From Geosiphon pyriformis uo1 (lineage: Eukaryota; Fungi; Glomeromycota): 64,000 nt of DNA. Positions within the stretch are counted from its first letter, which is position 1, and each line of letters begins with the position of its first letter. The stretch is from the NCBI GenBank assembly GCA_016748015.1, contig JAAOMT010000003.1:1182373-1246372 (forward strand), read 5' to 3'. This document shows positions 1 through 18,125 of the stretch, in pieces. The notes under the pieces were generated by a model. The model did no database searches. It saw only the letters and a list, made by a program, of their open reading frames with translations, and was not told where the DNA came from. A program made the translations under genes and the position numbers.

Positions 1-1050
1 AAAATAACATCATTATATATTTATAAAAAAATTATCAATTATTAATGAATTAATTGTTAAAAATATTAATATAAGGTGTATAATAAAATTTTGGTTATAA
101 CCATTCTCAGGTGAGGATATTCTTAGTGTCACATGGTACAATATTTTTTTATTATTTTCGCGTCACAGAATTTCTAGTCGTTTATGTTTGCTTGATTTTT
201 CCCTCTTTGCAACACAAATCAACTTGCTAGAATCAATTCTTTGAACTTCTCAACTTATTGAGCATTTTCTAATTGGCTGCTTCGCCTGGCGGCAGGTCCC
301 GTATGCACGCGGACCTTTTTGGTACTTTAGTTTCCTTCGCACTTGGTTATCTTACCTGCCACTATAACTTGGTGAAGCAGTTGTACGAAGCTTGCAACGA
401 CATACCTTCTACTACGCACAAGGTATATAAGCCATCGCTGCGTCTCACTTTTTTTATTCTAGAAGTCTCTCCATCTAAAGCCGCTCGAAATTTGTTTTCT
501 CAAAGAATAAGAACCTCTTTGATTTACCGGCTGATCACCTAATATTTGGTTGAAGTTTTTGCGCATAACTGAACCTTCCCTCCTTATTTAAACAAACAGC
601 GTCACCTTATATACGCTTTATTTGCTTTGACTATACTGTTTTTGCTGATTCTCTATCCACTTTATCGAATTGCAGACTACGAATCCAAAAGAGTAAGTAG
701 TCAATTCAAAAAATTTTGATAATATTTTTATGTTCAATTTTTTTACCGCTTTTCAATTGTTGTATAGAGCGAAGGATATCCATACAGAACTTCTGCGAGA
801 GAGCATTTGCAAAGACGCGGCAGTTTTTAGTATCTTACCAAGATCCGTTGACTCTATTTTTAGTAGAGTTGGCATTATATCGTGGCGAGATTTTCTGAAC
901 CTGGAGGATGTAGGGTGTTTTAATTATTTGCGTATCTTGCAAAATTTAGAATTAGGGTGTGACTTTTCTGATTAAGCTTTATTTTTGGCTTGTCAATTAG
1001 TAAGTTCTATATTTATGTAAAATTCTTTAAAGTTAAATCCTGGAGAAACA

Positions 1051-4000
1051 ATGAACACACCTGGAACAGTAATAAAAATATTTTGGCCCACCCATGTATG
1101 TTCATCTGAAACATCATCGGGTTTTTTGGTGGGGTGGAATGTGAGAAGTTTCACAATATGTGTCGCCGCGATAATATCCGACGTAAAGGTAAATTTACCG
1201 AAATTAAAGGCTTATAGTTATAAGAATTTAATAGAATTTAATATACTTGGTCTAGCTTAGAGATTTAGAATCTACCCTATCAGCGCTCTCAACCGATAAT
1301 CGATCATCTTTTGTTCATATGAGTGAAGTTTGTGGTGCTCCTCCAATTGTTTTAGGGTTTTTGACTGTGGATTCTGCTAGCGACTTTGAGACAGAGAGGA
1401 TATTTCATGTGGAAGGTGAATGCGGATAATTCGTATTGGCAGATGGATTCTTTTTTCTACGAAAACAATAAATATACCTGCTTATCAACCCACACAATTT
1501 TATACTTTATGGATGTGCTGTATAGATGTTTCTGAAAAAAGTAAGACAGCCAATTTATGGGTAACCGTTCACCTTCAGCACAACAATATGATCTCACTCA
1601 GGTGTGAATTTCTACACGAGAGACAATCCCATAAATGTGGGCTATTGCACATTTCGTTAATATATCTTCGTGTCGTAAAGATCTATCGATTGCTGCGGCT
1701 ATCGCTATTCTAGTGTCAGCGCGGAAATCATATTCTACAAACAGCCGAACCCTACATTGTTACAATATCTTTCCTTGGAACCTTTGGTGCTGGATATTTC
1801 AAAGAACAATCACAATAAAATGGAAAAGGAATCAATTACCATCAAGAACATGAAAAAAATTACGAATACACGAATACGCTCTTCAACAAAGCAGCAACTG
1901 AATAAGAGTAACCATGCGAATGATTTAGAACGAGTACTGAATCAGGTAAATATTCCTAATCTCGAATAGTTTTCACGATTCGAATGACTCCTGTGATTGT
2001 CGCTCTCAATCTCATTCGCAATCTTGATGCAAAAAAGTGATGGGTTTATGTGGCTTTGTGACATAGATCAATTCATCCCATGAAACCGAAAGAGCCATTC
2101 GGATACGATGTAAACCGTCTCAAATTCGACGTAGTCGTCGAAGCGCAAGTGTTTCACAGACGGTAAAAAAGTCAGCCGTCGGCTTAGGGATACTTTTGAA
2201 AAGAAGCATAATGTACCCGTTGTTCTTGCTACGGCCTATTCTTGCACATCCCATATTGTATTTATTGGTACTGGTCAGAGTTTTTGCAGAAATAGTATTA
2301 TGGATACTTAATTTTCGCTTCCCTAATTCGTTCTTAAATGGAATTGCCTTAAAAGATTTTTCTGCGACAGGTAAAACCTATCTCTTATATCCTATTATGT
2401 AAGGTACTAAACCATATTTTTAAATTTACCTACATCAGCTCAACAAATTGATTTGCGTCTGCAACAAGCATGTTTTTGGCCTTGGCAATTTATGCTACAA
2501 AGGCGACGAGATTGGACTAATATTTCAACCACCCGAGCCCAGTATATCAGGTAAAATGCCCAGTCAAACTTTAAAAACTTATCAGTAAATTACATGTTTT
2601 AATAGCATTATTTTGACATAATTCTTGTTTAATAGTTTCTATAACAGTATGTGGCTCGTTGCCAACGACATAATTATTGGAGTAGCACTTGGATGTTTTT
2701 TGATGGACAACAATGAAGCAATAGCCAAATTAATTGTAGACGATTATCTTAATGTAAAATTATTATTAATTCAATCCCATCTTTTGCGAATGAACCTTTA
2801 ATTTTATATTGCTATTTTAGCATTACACTATAGAACGATTAGAAAAAATGGTTATTTGGTTAATGGGTTGGCCAGCTGGCTTGAAATTGAACAGCGAACT
2901 TGATAAATTTTTGGGCGAGCTTTTCCTTTGGTTGATTCTTCTTTGGAAAGGTTGGTAATGATTTGATTGAAAAAAATGTATATTTAAAAACCAATAAGCT
3001 AATTCTTTGGTTAATTGTTTTTGGAATTAAGGCTGCATATATAACATAGGGCCAGTGGCACCTACAATTATTAGAATGATTGGGATATCTGGCTTTTTTG
3101 GTGCATCGATGGTGCTTTCTTTACTGTCAGATTTTCTTTCTTTCATGACCTTGCATATTTATTCATTTTATATGGTGGCCGCGAGAATTTTTAATTGGCA
3201 ACCTACCATATTATACTCACTTTTTAACTTATTTCGAGGTAAAAATTCAATTACTTTTTTGCTATTTTTTCTTTTCTTGATCATTAAACTAACATTAATG
3301 ACTTAGGCAAAAAGTGGAATACTTTACGGAATCGGATTGATTCTTGTGATTACGATCTTGATCAATTGCTTTTGGGGACAATACTATTCACTCTAATAAC
3401 ATTTTTATTCCCCACAATCGTTGTTTTTTACGCCATATTTGCACTAGTAAGTAAGGTTTTTCATGTAGCAAAAGAGGTTGAATTCTCGAGTAGGTAATTT
3501 CTACTACTCACCAAACTTGAGTTTTTGTGCCAAAATAGAGTCGCGTTGGCGTTATTTTCCTTCAAGTTGTGATGGAGACCTTGTTGGCCTTTCTAAATCA
3601 CTTTCCCTTATTTGCTATTTTGCTACGCTTCACAGATCCTGAAAGATTACCTGGTATTTAATAGATAATGTCGCAATTAATATTTTTGCATAGGCTAATT
3701 GTTTGCTCGATGCTTATTATAGGTGGTCTCAGATTTGAAAAATGTGATCCTAATCACTTTGCAATCTATGAGATGCCCTTAGCCCGAGTATTTGAAGGAT
3801 TGAAATCCTTTTGGCCATGGTCATCAAATATAGATGGATTTCCTTTGCTAAAAACCTTAATCCCTCCTATTCTCAAAAACGAGATCATTACGACAGACAT
3901 TACCAGTTTAAAATTCAAACCATTTCAAATCAACCCTTTTGGGAATGGAAATCACTCCAAAGAAACCGATGAATCGAAGACCGACCCAAGGCAAAATCGA

Positions 4001-4552
4001 ATTAAAAAAATTTCAATCAATGGGTTTCCCCCTCCGTCTACAACCCCCATAATGACATCAATTACTCCTATCTCCACTACATCGTTACCTCCCAATATAA
4101 GATCAGCCCCACGTGTTAGTTACCTATTTATGAAGGTGAGTGAGTAATCATTAAATCAATCCCTCAAGATAAATTAGAATTGAGATGAAAGCCAAATTAC
4201 TGGTATGATTTGACCTCATTAATGGCCAGCTGTCTCTGCAATTTCAGAATTTACCCATACCGTTATCAGCAATATTCTTTCAATACATGCTTTTGTGGAA
4301 ACGGTTGAGCTCTCATTATTTTTCATTTTATGTGTTACGAGGGCTTGTGAGTGGGGAGACGATACGCCCGATCCCGAGACTTCAGTATCCCATGTTACCT
4401 GAAACAAGGCAAGTTAAAAATTATATTCCTGAATTATGTATAATCAATAATCTTTTAATTGCCCAATTGATAATGACTGGTTTTATTCTAGACCAAATTT
4501 GATGAATTTCTGGCTGTTTCTCAAACTAAGTTTAGCTGTGCAAGATGAATAA
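1051..4552 (+). CDS. GPI1: GPI-GlcNAc transferase subunit GPI1/PIG-Q (multi-exon)
   Basis: Spliced translation gives the N-terminal 'KIFWP...GFLVGWN' and the Gpi1 core '[14 protein letters not shown]', '[15 protein letters not shown]', '[23 protein letters not shown]', '[29 protein letters not shown]' and 'LNHFPLF...PERLPGG'. Introns are GT-AG. The last intron is probably GC-AG, so the exact end is slightly uncertain. Confidence 0.93.
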
Positions 4553-5021
4553 AATTGATGAACCGTTATAATATAACATAATATAGTATTATATTGTGTA
4601 CCTCTTGGCACACTACGCTTTACTATTTATGCTTGGCCTTTTCCCAGAAAGGGAAAGATTTTATATTTTCAGAGATCAGCGGTGATTTATTAAGTCGTTA
4701 TGCATTAATATCTCCAACTTCCAAGAAATATTCTTGTTGAACCTTCATTCCGATACCAAAAAGTTGCATTTATAGCCACTTAGAACATAGCCTTTCATTA
4801 TATTCATATTTTAACTGTACAAGTAATGAAGCCACAATCTAAAAAGCAATCTCTTCGGTGAAACTGCTTTTTCAGATGTCGCCATTGTTTGCGTGAAACC
4901 CCAAAAGTTATAAATAGCTTCAACTTATTCGGGGAATTTTCTGATTTATATATATACATACCTGTTTCTTGGGATTTATCACTAACCAACTACCTTAATA
5001 TTGCAAACTTTCTAAACAAAC

Positions 5022-6266
5022 ATGTCGCCAGTTCTCGTTCAAAGTTCTCTAAACACACGGGACTTGGGTAGTGACTTATCTAACCACCTCGAGCCAAATT
5101 CCACGCAACGAACGACACTTATATTCATTGGGGTATATGCAGTGGGTATCCTTATTGTGTGGAATTTGCCAGTAGTGAAGACAATTTTATATCCGTTTAA
5201 GGTCAGAAATCTTAAATATTTATTATTATGTAGAATGTTGGTAACGAATCAGGAAAAATTTCAAGTGGAATGAAACCCTATCAGACACGATGTCATGATA
5301 ATGTCTTTTCTAAAATTTTATTAATTATTATAATTATTAGCTGCTGGTTGTTGGGTTACATGAATTAAGTCATGCGATGGCTGGTAAGTGATAGATTAAT
5401 CTGATTATCCAATTTAGGATATTAAATTAATATATTGTTTTCCTCTAATATTTTCTCAAAACTATTATTAGGTGTATGTACCGGGGCGAAGATCGAAGCA
5501 ATCAAAATAGATCCGGATGAAGGAGGTGTCACGCTAATGGTATATTGTATTTCTAAGGTGAACGCTATTTTTGAATCTATAACCATTGCTAATGTTATCA
5601 AAAATAAATAGCGCGGAGGATTACAGTGCTGGACGTTACCAGCCGGCTATCTAGGTTCATCGTTAATTGGAGCATTTTTAGTATTTTGCGGGTTCAATAT
5701 CCTTGCATCTCAGATAGCGTCAATATTTTTGGGGGTTTGCCTATTGCTTACTATCTGGTGGGCCAAAAATTGGTTAACCCGATTTATTACCATTTTTTTT
5801 ATCGGAGTATTGGTGGGACTATGGTTTATCGAAAAGGGGGCTGGGTTAAAGTATTTTGTACTTTTTGTTGGGTGAGTGATATTTCATTTTTGAGGGTTTT
5901 TCTTGTTCAAATAAGTTATATTTTCTCTAATTCCGTTAAATCATTATTTAATAGCGTCATGTCGTGTTTATATTCGGTATGGGATATTTTGGATGACTTA
6001 GGTACTTTCAATTTCAAAATTTTCAAAATTCTTTCATAATCAACCTAGTAACCTGAAATTTGCTTGTCCCACTTTTAGTATTTCGTAAAGTTAACGAATC
6101 GGATGCGTCAAAATTTGCGAAATTATGCCATTGTTGTCCGGCACAAGTATGGGGTTTAATTTGGCTGATGATCAGTATTATATTTTTAGCGATTGGGATA
6201 TTGGGTGGACTTTTGGTATTTAGACAAGACAATCAAGCTCAAAAAGATCAGTCACTGATCAAATAA
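5022..6266 (+). CDS. Peptidase M50B-like membrane metalloprotease (multi-exon)
   Basis: Spliced 'LYPFKLLVVGLHELSHAMAG' (HExxH), 'IDPDEGGVT', 'LPAGYLGSS', several hydrophobic segments and 'SDASKFAK', matching the fungal M50B-like family pattern. Confidence 0.85.
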
Positions 6267-6496
6267 TTTTAGGGACAAATTATTAGAGCGAGGTTACAAT
6301 TTTAATTTCTGCACCCATCCAAATATTTCACTAACTGTATTTATAATGTATAATCTATACTAAGAAACTTTTTATACTTGATCGAAATTATCTATGGAAT
6401 CTTGACAATTTTTTCATCAAATGGTTAAATTATAAATGAGATAATCATTGTTGGCAGTGAATTAACAAATAATAACAATTCACACTAACGAGAGGA

Positions 6497-9385
<2,889 letters not shown>

Positions 9386-10379
9386 AATTCTCTGCCAGTT
9401 CAAGATTATTTAAAAATATTTCACATCTTTTAGTTGAGTCATTATACACTTTTTTAGTGAATTGCAATTTATTTTTTAATTAGTGACAATAAGAATTTGC
9501 TATACCAAACTATAGGTTTATTAAATATTTCGAAATTTACAATTGCATAAATCATATTGTGTACGAATTTGAAGCATCAAGAGATTGAAAAGATTTTAAT
9601 AGAGGGTAATCTTATTTGTTTAAATCTAAAAATATCGATTTTTATTTATATAATTATACAGAACTACTTAAAATATATAAATTATTTTAAAACAAATTAA
9701 ATTCCTAAGTTTTAAATTTTATTTTTATATAATGTAATCAAATTAAGAATTTTGTTAAAATGTTATTATTTGTTATTTATCATTCTATTTATTATAAATA
9801 AAATATATATTATTGAAATTAATTTATATTAAGAAAAAATATATTTATTTTGTATATTGACTATTTTATAGCAAACAAATATCAACAAATTTATATTACA
9901 AATTTTAATTCGATTTTTTGGAAAAATTCAATTGTAACTTTAAAAAACTATTTTACTTAACTTAAAAATATGTTGTTAATTTTTATTTTTTTAAATAATT
10001 AATATAAAATTTTAATAAGCTTAAATATATAAACAATAAAAAATGAATTTTATAAATTTAAAAAATATAAATGTAAATTATAATTGAATAATAATAATAT
10101 ATTTCTTAATTTTGGTTTAACTAATATTAAAACAGCCAATTTTTATATATATTATAAAGATTATATATAATAATATATCTATTATAAAAAAATTATATAA
10201 TATTAAATATTTAAGCATAATAAATATTAAATATAAATTTAATTTAAAATATTTAAATATAAAAACTTCTTTTTTTCTTATATTCTAAATTCTAATAAAG
10301 TATTTTGTTTTGAAAAAAGTTTTTTCTGTCTTTAATTTTCTTACTATTTAATTAAATTTTTTCAAATTTTTTCTGTTTG

Positions 10380-10991
10380 AATATAAAACTGCTAGTATTA
10401 GCAGTGGTTTGAGTATAAAAAAGTCCAAAAAAAAGTTTAGTACTGGTTTTGTGGTTTTAAATTTGTTTTTTAAGAAAAAATATAAAGATAATATTTTAAA
10501 AAAACCTATTGCTAAAGTTAATACTAATGTTTTTTAAGAATTATTTAAAATTAGTAAAGCAAATAATTTAACTGTTAGTAATATTACTAATATAAAAAAT
10601 ATAAATATAGAAAAGAAGTTTTTTGTTAAAAAAACCAGTTTTTAACTTAATAATAATAATAAATTGAAGCAAAAAGATATTAATATAACTTTTAAAGAGC
10701 CAAATAAAATTATTATTAAGCATATTTTTTAGAAACTTTTTGGATGGATTAATTTTAATATTTGTAATAATAATAATAAAAATGGTGTTTTAAATAAGTT
10801 TTTCTCTCTTTTTTTTAAGTTTTTAATTCATATTCTGGTTTGCAAATTAGTTGTTTTGAACATTAATTTTTTGGTTATTATTAGAAAGTTTTTTTAAAAT
10901 AAATTAAAGATTATTAGATTTATTTTTTCTGGTATTAATAAATTTAAAAGGGTTTCTACTTTTTTAAACTTTGGTAAAATTATTTAAACAT
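10380..10991 (+). mobile_element. LINE-a, 5' part of ORF1 (highly eroded); outermost element of the nest
   Basis: Degenerate ORF1-like frame ending '...GKII*T'. It continues in frame at 49950 ('SFISKKIILIVTNLTNDYGVVIN') once Gypsy-A and one TSD copy are removed. Start is approximate. Confidence 0.65.
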
Positions 10992-11785
10992 TGTTACTAG
11001 AAGTTTTTTGGTCTTTTTTTTTAAATGTTATTAATATTAGTTTGCTGCTAATTTACAATTTCTAGAAATTAATAAATCTTTAATAACTAAATTTATCTTT
11101 AAATTATCTTTTATAATTTGAACTACTGAACTTATAAATAGAATAACCAATTCCATACTAATTATTTTATATAGTTATGTTGTAGTAAATATCAACTCTT
11201 TTTTAAGAATTGCTTGTCTAAAAGCTTACTAAATTGTATAATTACTTTGCTGTGAAAGTTAACTTTTTTACAGAAATCTTATTTATAAACTATTTTAGTA
11301 ATTATAATAAAAAAAGTAAAAAAATATAAAAAAAATATAAAAGAGATAGAATTTAATTTAAGAGAATTATTTCTGGTCCAGACCTAAAAAAACTAACAGT
11401 TTACTAAAATTAGTAGTTAATAAATTTTAAAACATTAATTGGATTTTAAAAAATTTCAAATGTAAATAATTTAAGAAAATTAGGCTTTCAAAGTATTTAA
11501 TTTTTATTCATTTTTTTTGCAAAAATATATAAAAGTTAATTGATTCTAACTAAGATAATTCTTGGTAAGATACATTTTTTTGAAAAGAAAAGCTTTTCTT
11601 TTATATAATTTATTATAATACTAGTCTGTGAACTTGAATTTTTTCTCTTTGTTATAATTTTAATAAATTAAAGATACATTTTGACAAACTACAAATTATT
11701 TTATTAAGCTATTAACTATTTCAGTAAATTATTCATTATTTTAGCAAATTTCTATAAATTCAGTGAATTTTTGAATGTTACATAA
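10992..11785 (-). repeat. 3' LTR of Gypsy-A (truncated by Gypsy-B)
   Basis: Colinear with 33426-34200, including an A-rich segment absent from the solo copy at 14783. Begins TGTTACTAG. Confidence 0.85.
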
Positions 11786-14782
11786 TATTACTTATAAAAA
11801 ATAATACAAAAAAAAAATAGAAAAAACAAATAGTAAAAATAGGCCAATAAAAAAATAATACTTAACAAATAAGCATATTGTCAAAAAATTAAAACATATT
11901 GTTTAACAATAAGCACATTGTTTAGCAATGAAAACATTGTTAAAAAATTATAACATATTGTTTAACAATGAGCATATTGTTAAAAAATTATAACATATTG
12001 CTCAAGAATGTATAAAATCTTATATAATGAAAATTATATATATATAACAAGAGTATTAGAAGCAAAAAAAAAATTTAGATAAAAAACAGCAGCTAAAAAT
12101 CAGTAATTATCCAATATTTTTTTTTTAAAAGATAGTTTCTATAACTTGAAATAAAATTATACTTATATTAATAAAATTATCTATTATTAATAAAATTATC
12201 TATTATTATCTCATTTATGTTATTATTGCTTGATTAAGAAATATTAATCACTTCTATACTATTAATAATTTATGTTAATAAAATTTGATATTTAACCATA
12301 TTGAATTAATAGTTTTTAATCATGACTATTGATAAAATACTAATTTTTTATTTTATTTTCTTATTTTTTTATTTTATTTTATTTTAATTTTATTTTATTT
12401 TATTTGGTTTCATTTTCTTTGTTGTTTATTAATTGATTAAAAAAATTAAGTGTTAAGTAATTAACATCAAAAATAGTCTGGTAAAAGACCCAAAAACAAA
12501 AATAAAAAACTTAAGAATAGTTCACTAGAAGGCCATAATTGCCAAAATAAACCAGTTACCACACTAAAAAAAAATTCATAGAAAAAACCTTTTAATTAAA
12601 TCTTTGTTTATTATACAAAGAACTTAACTAAAACCTTTAAACTCCAAAATCTTTAGAAATTATCAATATAAACAGTTATTAGGCACCAAGTTACAGATTT
12701 GTTATTTGTTTCAACACTCTAAATAATTATTTGTAATATTTAGCACTCTTTGTAAAATATAATTCAATAAAAAATTAGCACTAACAGCAACTATTTAGAA
12801 CAGTAGCAGAATCAGAAGTAATAGGAACAAATCACTTGGAATTTGTGAAAGCTTTATTTCAACACTATCAAATTTACTTTGGACTAACAAGTAATTATTG
12901 GCCAGCAGAATCAGCTTTCAACTTTTATGTTAATAAAAAAATTAAATTCTACTTAAAAGACCAAGAAAATTCAAAAACCACTCATAAAAATTTTTACAGA
13001 AAATTACTTCAAAGCATTATATTTCTACAAAATTATTTGTTTGCTCTATTAATTACAAAAATAAATTAAGAAATTAAGAATTACATTTAACAAAAATTTC
13101 TTATTACTTCTACAGACAAAAAAAAATTATAAACTTCAACAAAAACACCAAAAAAAATACAATTATCTACTTAAAAAAAACCAAAAGTTGTTTTACTTAT
13201 ACACTTATTTTATCATAATATACCAAAAAGTACTATTCACATATTATTTAGATCTATATTACTATTAATTACAAAGACATTATTACTTAGAGTACTATTT
13301 CAAAATAATCAAAAAAAAAACAAATTATTAAGAACCTATGACAATTTTTTGAAGAATTTAAATTGTAATCAATAACATTATTAGGATTTTAATTATTGAT
13401 ATCTTAACCAAATTTCGGATCTATCAATAATTGGGCAGACACCAATTCAAAAAAAAAATACAGTAATCAGAAAAATAATATTCAAAACTCAATCTTAAAT
13501 AACTCAGAAGTCTAAATTCCAATTGTTCAAACTTAATAAAATCTAAACAATCTAAATTCAGCTCTTATTCTTCCAAAAAACTTACCTCCAGTTATCTTGA
13601 TTAATCCACTGTCAGTAATACCAATTGCTACTTAATCACAACTATCATGGTTTAATTAGTATTTAGGTTTAACTTAGTAAAAAAAAGAATTAATATTAAA
13701 GGAAAAATAATTAATACAGAATATAGAAGAAATATCATTATAATACTACAAAATAAATCAGAAAAAACATATACAATTGAACCAAATAAAAAGATAACAT
13801 AACCAATATTTTTACTTTTGGTAAAAATAGTTCAGTTAGTGTTAATGAAAACAAGAGAAAAGTTAAGAATTACAGCCAGAAAGATAAATAAATTTGGATC
13901 CACAAGTAGAATAAAGATACCAATTAATATAATGAAAAAAGAAACTATTAATTAGAGAAAAATTATTTCTACCAATTAATTAATTTCTATCTTATTATAT
14001 AACCAGCATATATTAGTTATAGAAAAAAAAGTAAAAGATTAACTCCAAATTTTTGAAATAAAACTTACTATTTGTGAATTAGAAGAAATTACTATTACCA
14101 ATTTTTACATACTAGCCAAGAACTATAAACACATTAAAATTCTAATATACAACATAATTAAAGATCTAATAAAAATACCAAATAAAACCACTATTAAATA
14201 CTTAAGCACTAAAGTTAAAAATCAAGCAACAACTACTATTCCAAATTTTTTACAACTTTGTAAATATATAGACATTATATTACAAACAATTTATATATGA
14301 GAAAAATATTATTTGTTACAACTAGAATAGTTAAAGCAAATAAACTTGGATAACTTAAACTTACTTTAAAGTATACAATTCAAGCTACTACTTAACAATT
14401 TCACCAATATCTTTGCAAATAAAAATAAATTTGGCAGAACTAATATCATTTAATATTAAATCAAAACTGGAAATACAATATTAATAAAACAAAGATCATA
14501 CCAAGTACTACTTATCAGTTATAAGATTATTTGTCAAAAAATCAACCATATGTTAAACAATGAATTAATTCAATTATTAATAAGTTTATGGTTATTATCA
14601 GTAGTATTTTGTCTGAAAAAAAATGGAAAAATCTACTTTTGTATAAATTACAAAAAACTCAACAGTGTTATTTATAGAAACAACTATTTAACTTTATAAA
14701 TTTAAAAATTATTCAATGCTTTTAGAGAAAAAAAATGGTTTTCCACATTGAATTTAGATAGTAATTACTAACAAATAATCAT

Positions 14783-15709
14783 TATTACCAGAAATTTTTG
14801 GTCTCTTTTCTTGAATGTTGTTAATGTCTGTTAGTTGTGAATTTCTATTTTTCTGAAAGTAGTTAAACCTCTGATAACTGAATTTATTTTCAAATTATCT
14901 TCTATAATTTGAACTGCTGGACTTATAAGTAGAATAACCAATTTCATGCCAGTAGTAAACATTAACTCTTTCCCAGAAATTGCTTATCTGGAAGCTTACT
15001 AAAATGTATAGTTACTTTGCTGTAAAAGTCAACTCTTCTACAGAAATCTTGTCTATAGGCTACCCTAATAATTATGCTAAGAAAAGTAAAAAAAATAGGA
15101 TTTTGTTAAGAGAATCGTTTTCTATTCAGGCCTGAAGTCACTAACAAATTATGAAAATTGGTAGCTAATCAATTTCGAAATGTTAGTTGTGTTGAGAAAA
15201 TTTCAAGTGTAATAATTAAGGATTTGGTTTTCAAATATTTAATTTTTTTTTATTTGATTTTGTAAGAATATAAAAAGATAATTTGTTCTAATTAAGATAT
15301 TTAAAGTAAGATACTATAATAAGATACATTTTTTTGAAGAGAGAAGCTTTTCTTTTATACAATTTGTTGTAGTACTAGTCTTTGAACTTGTACTTTTCTC
15401 TTTGTTCTAATTTTAGCAAACTAAAAATACATTTTGGCAAACTACAAGTTATTTCTACAAATTATTAATTATTTTGGCCAATTTCTGCTAATTTCGGCGA
15501 ATTTTTGAATATTAAATGGTTCAGAGTATTGTGTAATTTGATCATTTTAATTTCTATAATACAAATCAGATTATTAATTGAATAATTATTTTTGATAATT
15601 TGATTAAATAATAAATAATAATTGAAATAATAATAATATATACTAATTAATAATAAAAATTATAAGGGTAACTTCATGTTAATTAATAACTAAAATTCTA
15701 TTGGTAACA
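14783..15709 (-). mobile_element. Solo LTR of the Gypsy-A family inserted in the RT of Gypsy-B
   Basis: TATTACCA...TGGTAACA termini and a perfect 4-bp TSD TCAT (14779-14782/15710-15713). Removing it restores the RT frame 'Y*QIIINSANKKKT'. Confidence 0.9.
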
Positions 15710-18125
15710 TCATAAATTCAGCCAACAAGAAAAAGACAATGTTTACTATTAGAGAAAAAAACTTTGAATTTAATGTTATGTCTTTTGGTTTAATCAATAC
15801 TTCAGTCATTTTTCAATGATTAATGAAAATTGTGTATACTGAATTATTATAAAAATTAGTAGTAGTCTACTTAGATAACACCAATATGTTTTTCAAAACA
15901 TTTAATAATCATTTTTACCATCTCCAACAAATGTTTAAAAAATTAAAAAAAGCTGAATTAAAGCTAAACACAATTAAATACTTCTTTGAAAAAACTAAAC
16001 ATAAGTTTTTGGGATATGTTGTAAACAAAAACAGCATTAAAACAGATCCAAACAAAATTAAAATAGTTAAAAACTTTTCAGTGTTAACAAACTTAACAGA
16101 ACTAAGAGTATTTTTGAAATTTGCTAAAAACCATTACCATTTTATTCAAAACTTCTCCAAACTGACTTAACTATTTTACCAGCTTTAAGCAAAAAACATT
16201 AAATATAAATGAACTAAAAATCAACAAAAGCTTTTAACATATTGTGAAAAAAGCTTATTCAAGCTTTAGTATTAATTGATCTAAATTACAGCAAATTATT
16301 CATTATTACCACTGATGTATTAAGCCAAGTATTGAAAGCTGTGCTATTACAAAAGAGATCAAATAGATAAAAACATTCAGTAATATATGCCATCTAAAGT
16401 TTGAGTCTAGCTAAAAAAAACTATAGAACTCTAACACTAAAACATTTAGCTATTTATTAGGCTGTTATAAAATAGAAGAAATACTTGAATCAAAAGTTTA
16501 ATGTATACACTAATTACAAAGAATTAACATTAATCCAAAAGCAAAAATTTGGAAACAATTATCATACCAGATAAAAAATAAAACTTTTATCATTTAATTA
16601 TACAGTGCATTATAAAAAAAAAAAAAAAAGGAAATCCTAACAAATTGTTATGAATAAAACAAATTTAAAAATATTTTAACCCAAAAATATAACAAAAAAT
16701 AAATACACAAAAATACCAACAACTTTAACATTATATTAATACTTAACAGTTTTAAAAAAAATTATCTTAAAAAAAACAAAACCACATAAAACAACAATCA
16801 AAATATTTTATTACTTACTAAAATATATTATATTAGAAAAACAATAAAGATCTAATCAACTACTCAGAATAATTACAAAACCAGAAAAAAAACAATATTG
16901 TTTAACATGTACTTAGGTCTAAGTGCCAGACATTTTCATAAAGAAGCAACTATAAAAAAACCAGAAAAAAATACTATTGGCTATTTATGTATTCAGATAT
17001 CATCTAATATATTTAAAATTGTAATGCTTGTCAAAAAAAAGAAAAAACAAGACCTAGTAAACTATTAAGACTAATTAAAGTGAGACAATCATTCGATCAA
17101 ATTGGAATTAACTTAGTTAGATTATTAATAATAACCAGCAAAAGCAATTAGTATATAGCAGTAGCTATGAACTATCTTACAAAATTGCCAGAAGCAAAAA
17201 CAATACAAAAAGCAAATACAGAATTCATAGCTAAATTCATTTACCAAAATTTGATTTATTGACATAGATGTCCAAAAAAATTATTATCAAATCAAGAAAC
17301 TCATTTTGTGAACAGAACATTAACAGAATTAAGTCAAAAATTTGAAATCAAAAAACCATTATTATTACCATATTATTTACAAACAAATGACTTAGTAAAA
17401 AATTTAACAGAACATTATATGAAGTGATAGTAAAAATTAGCCAAGAAAACCAAAACAAATGGAATTTGTTTATATCATCAGTATTATTTGCATATTAGAC
17501 AATAAAGCAAGATACCATACAAGTAATACTATTTGAACTTGTTTATGGTAGAATGACAACATTATTAGTTGAAATAGACATTAAAACATATTTAATGGAA
17601 CCAATAACAGAAACCAACTTTCAAAAAACATTTCTAAGAAGAACATACAAATTAATAAAAATGTTGAAAAACAAAAAGCAGCTAATAACATTTAAAAATC
17701 ACAAAAAAAACAAAAAAAATAACATAATAACCAATTATCAGATAAACCAGTTGAATTCAGGATTAAAAACAAAGTACTTTTATATCATACTAAAGTAGAA
17801 AAACAATAGAATAAAAAATTTGACTCCAAATGAGACAGACCATTTTACATTGAAAAAATTCTAGAAAATAAAGCTTATAAATTAAAATATAACAACAAAA
17901 TTTTAATTAAAGCAACACATAGAGATTAATTAAAACCATATTACAATATAGTATTATTATTTACCAATAATATTCTACAACTAGAAATACAAAGAATACT
18001 AGTTAAATCAGATAAAATTTCATGAGATTTAAAACCAATCATTATTATTGAAGCAAACATATTAAATTAAATTACCAGAACAGTATATAAAAAACCAAAA
18101 CACATAAAAAAAACAACAAAAAAAG

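Noticed and set aside
345-420. U1 snRNA (CTTACCTG)
   Set aside because: Only an 8-nt match. No U1 stem-loops or Sm site were recognisable.
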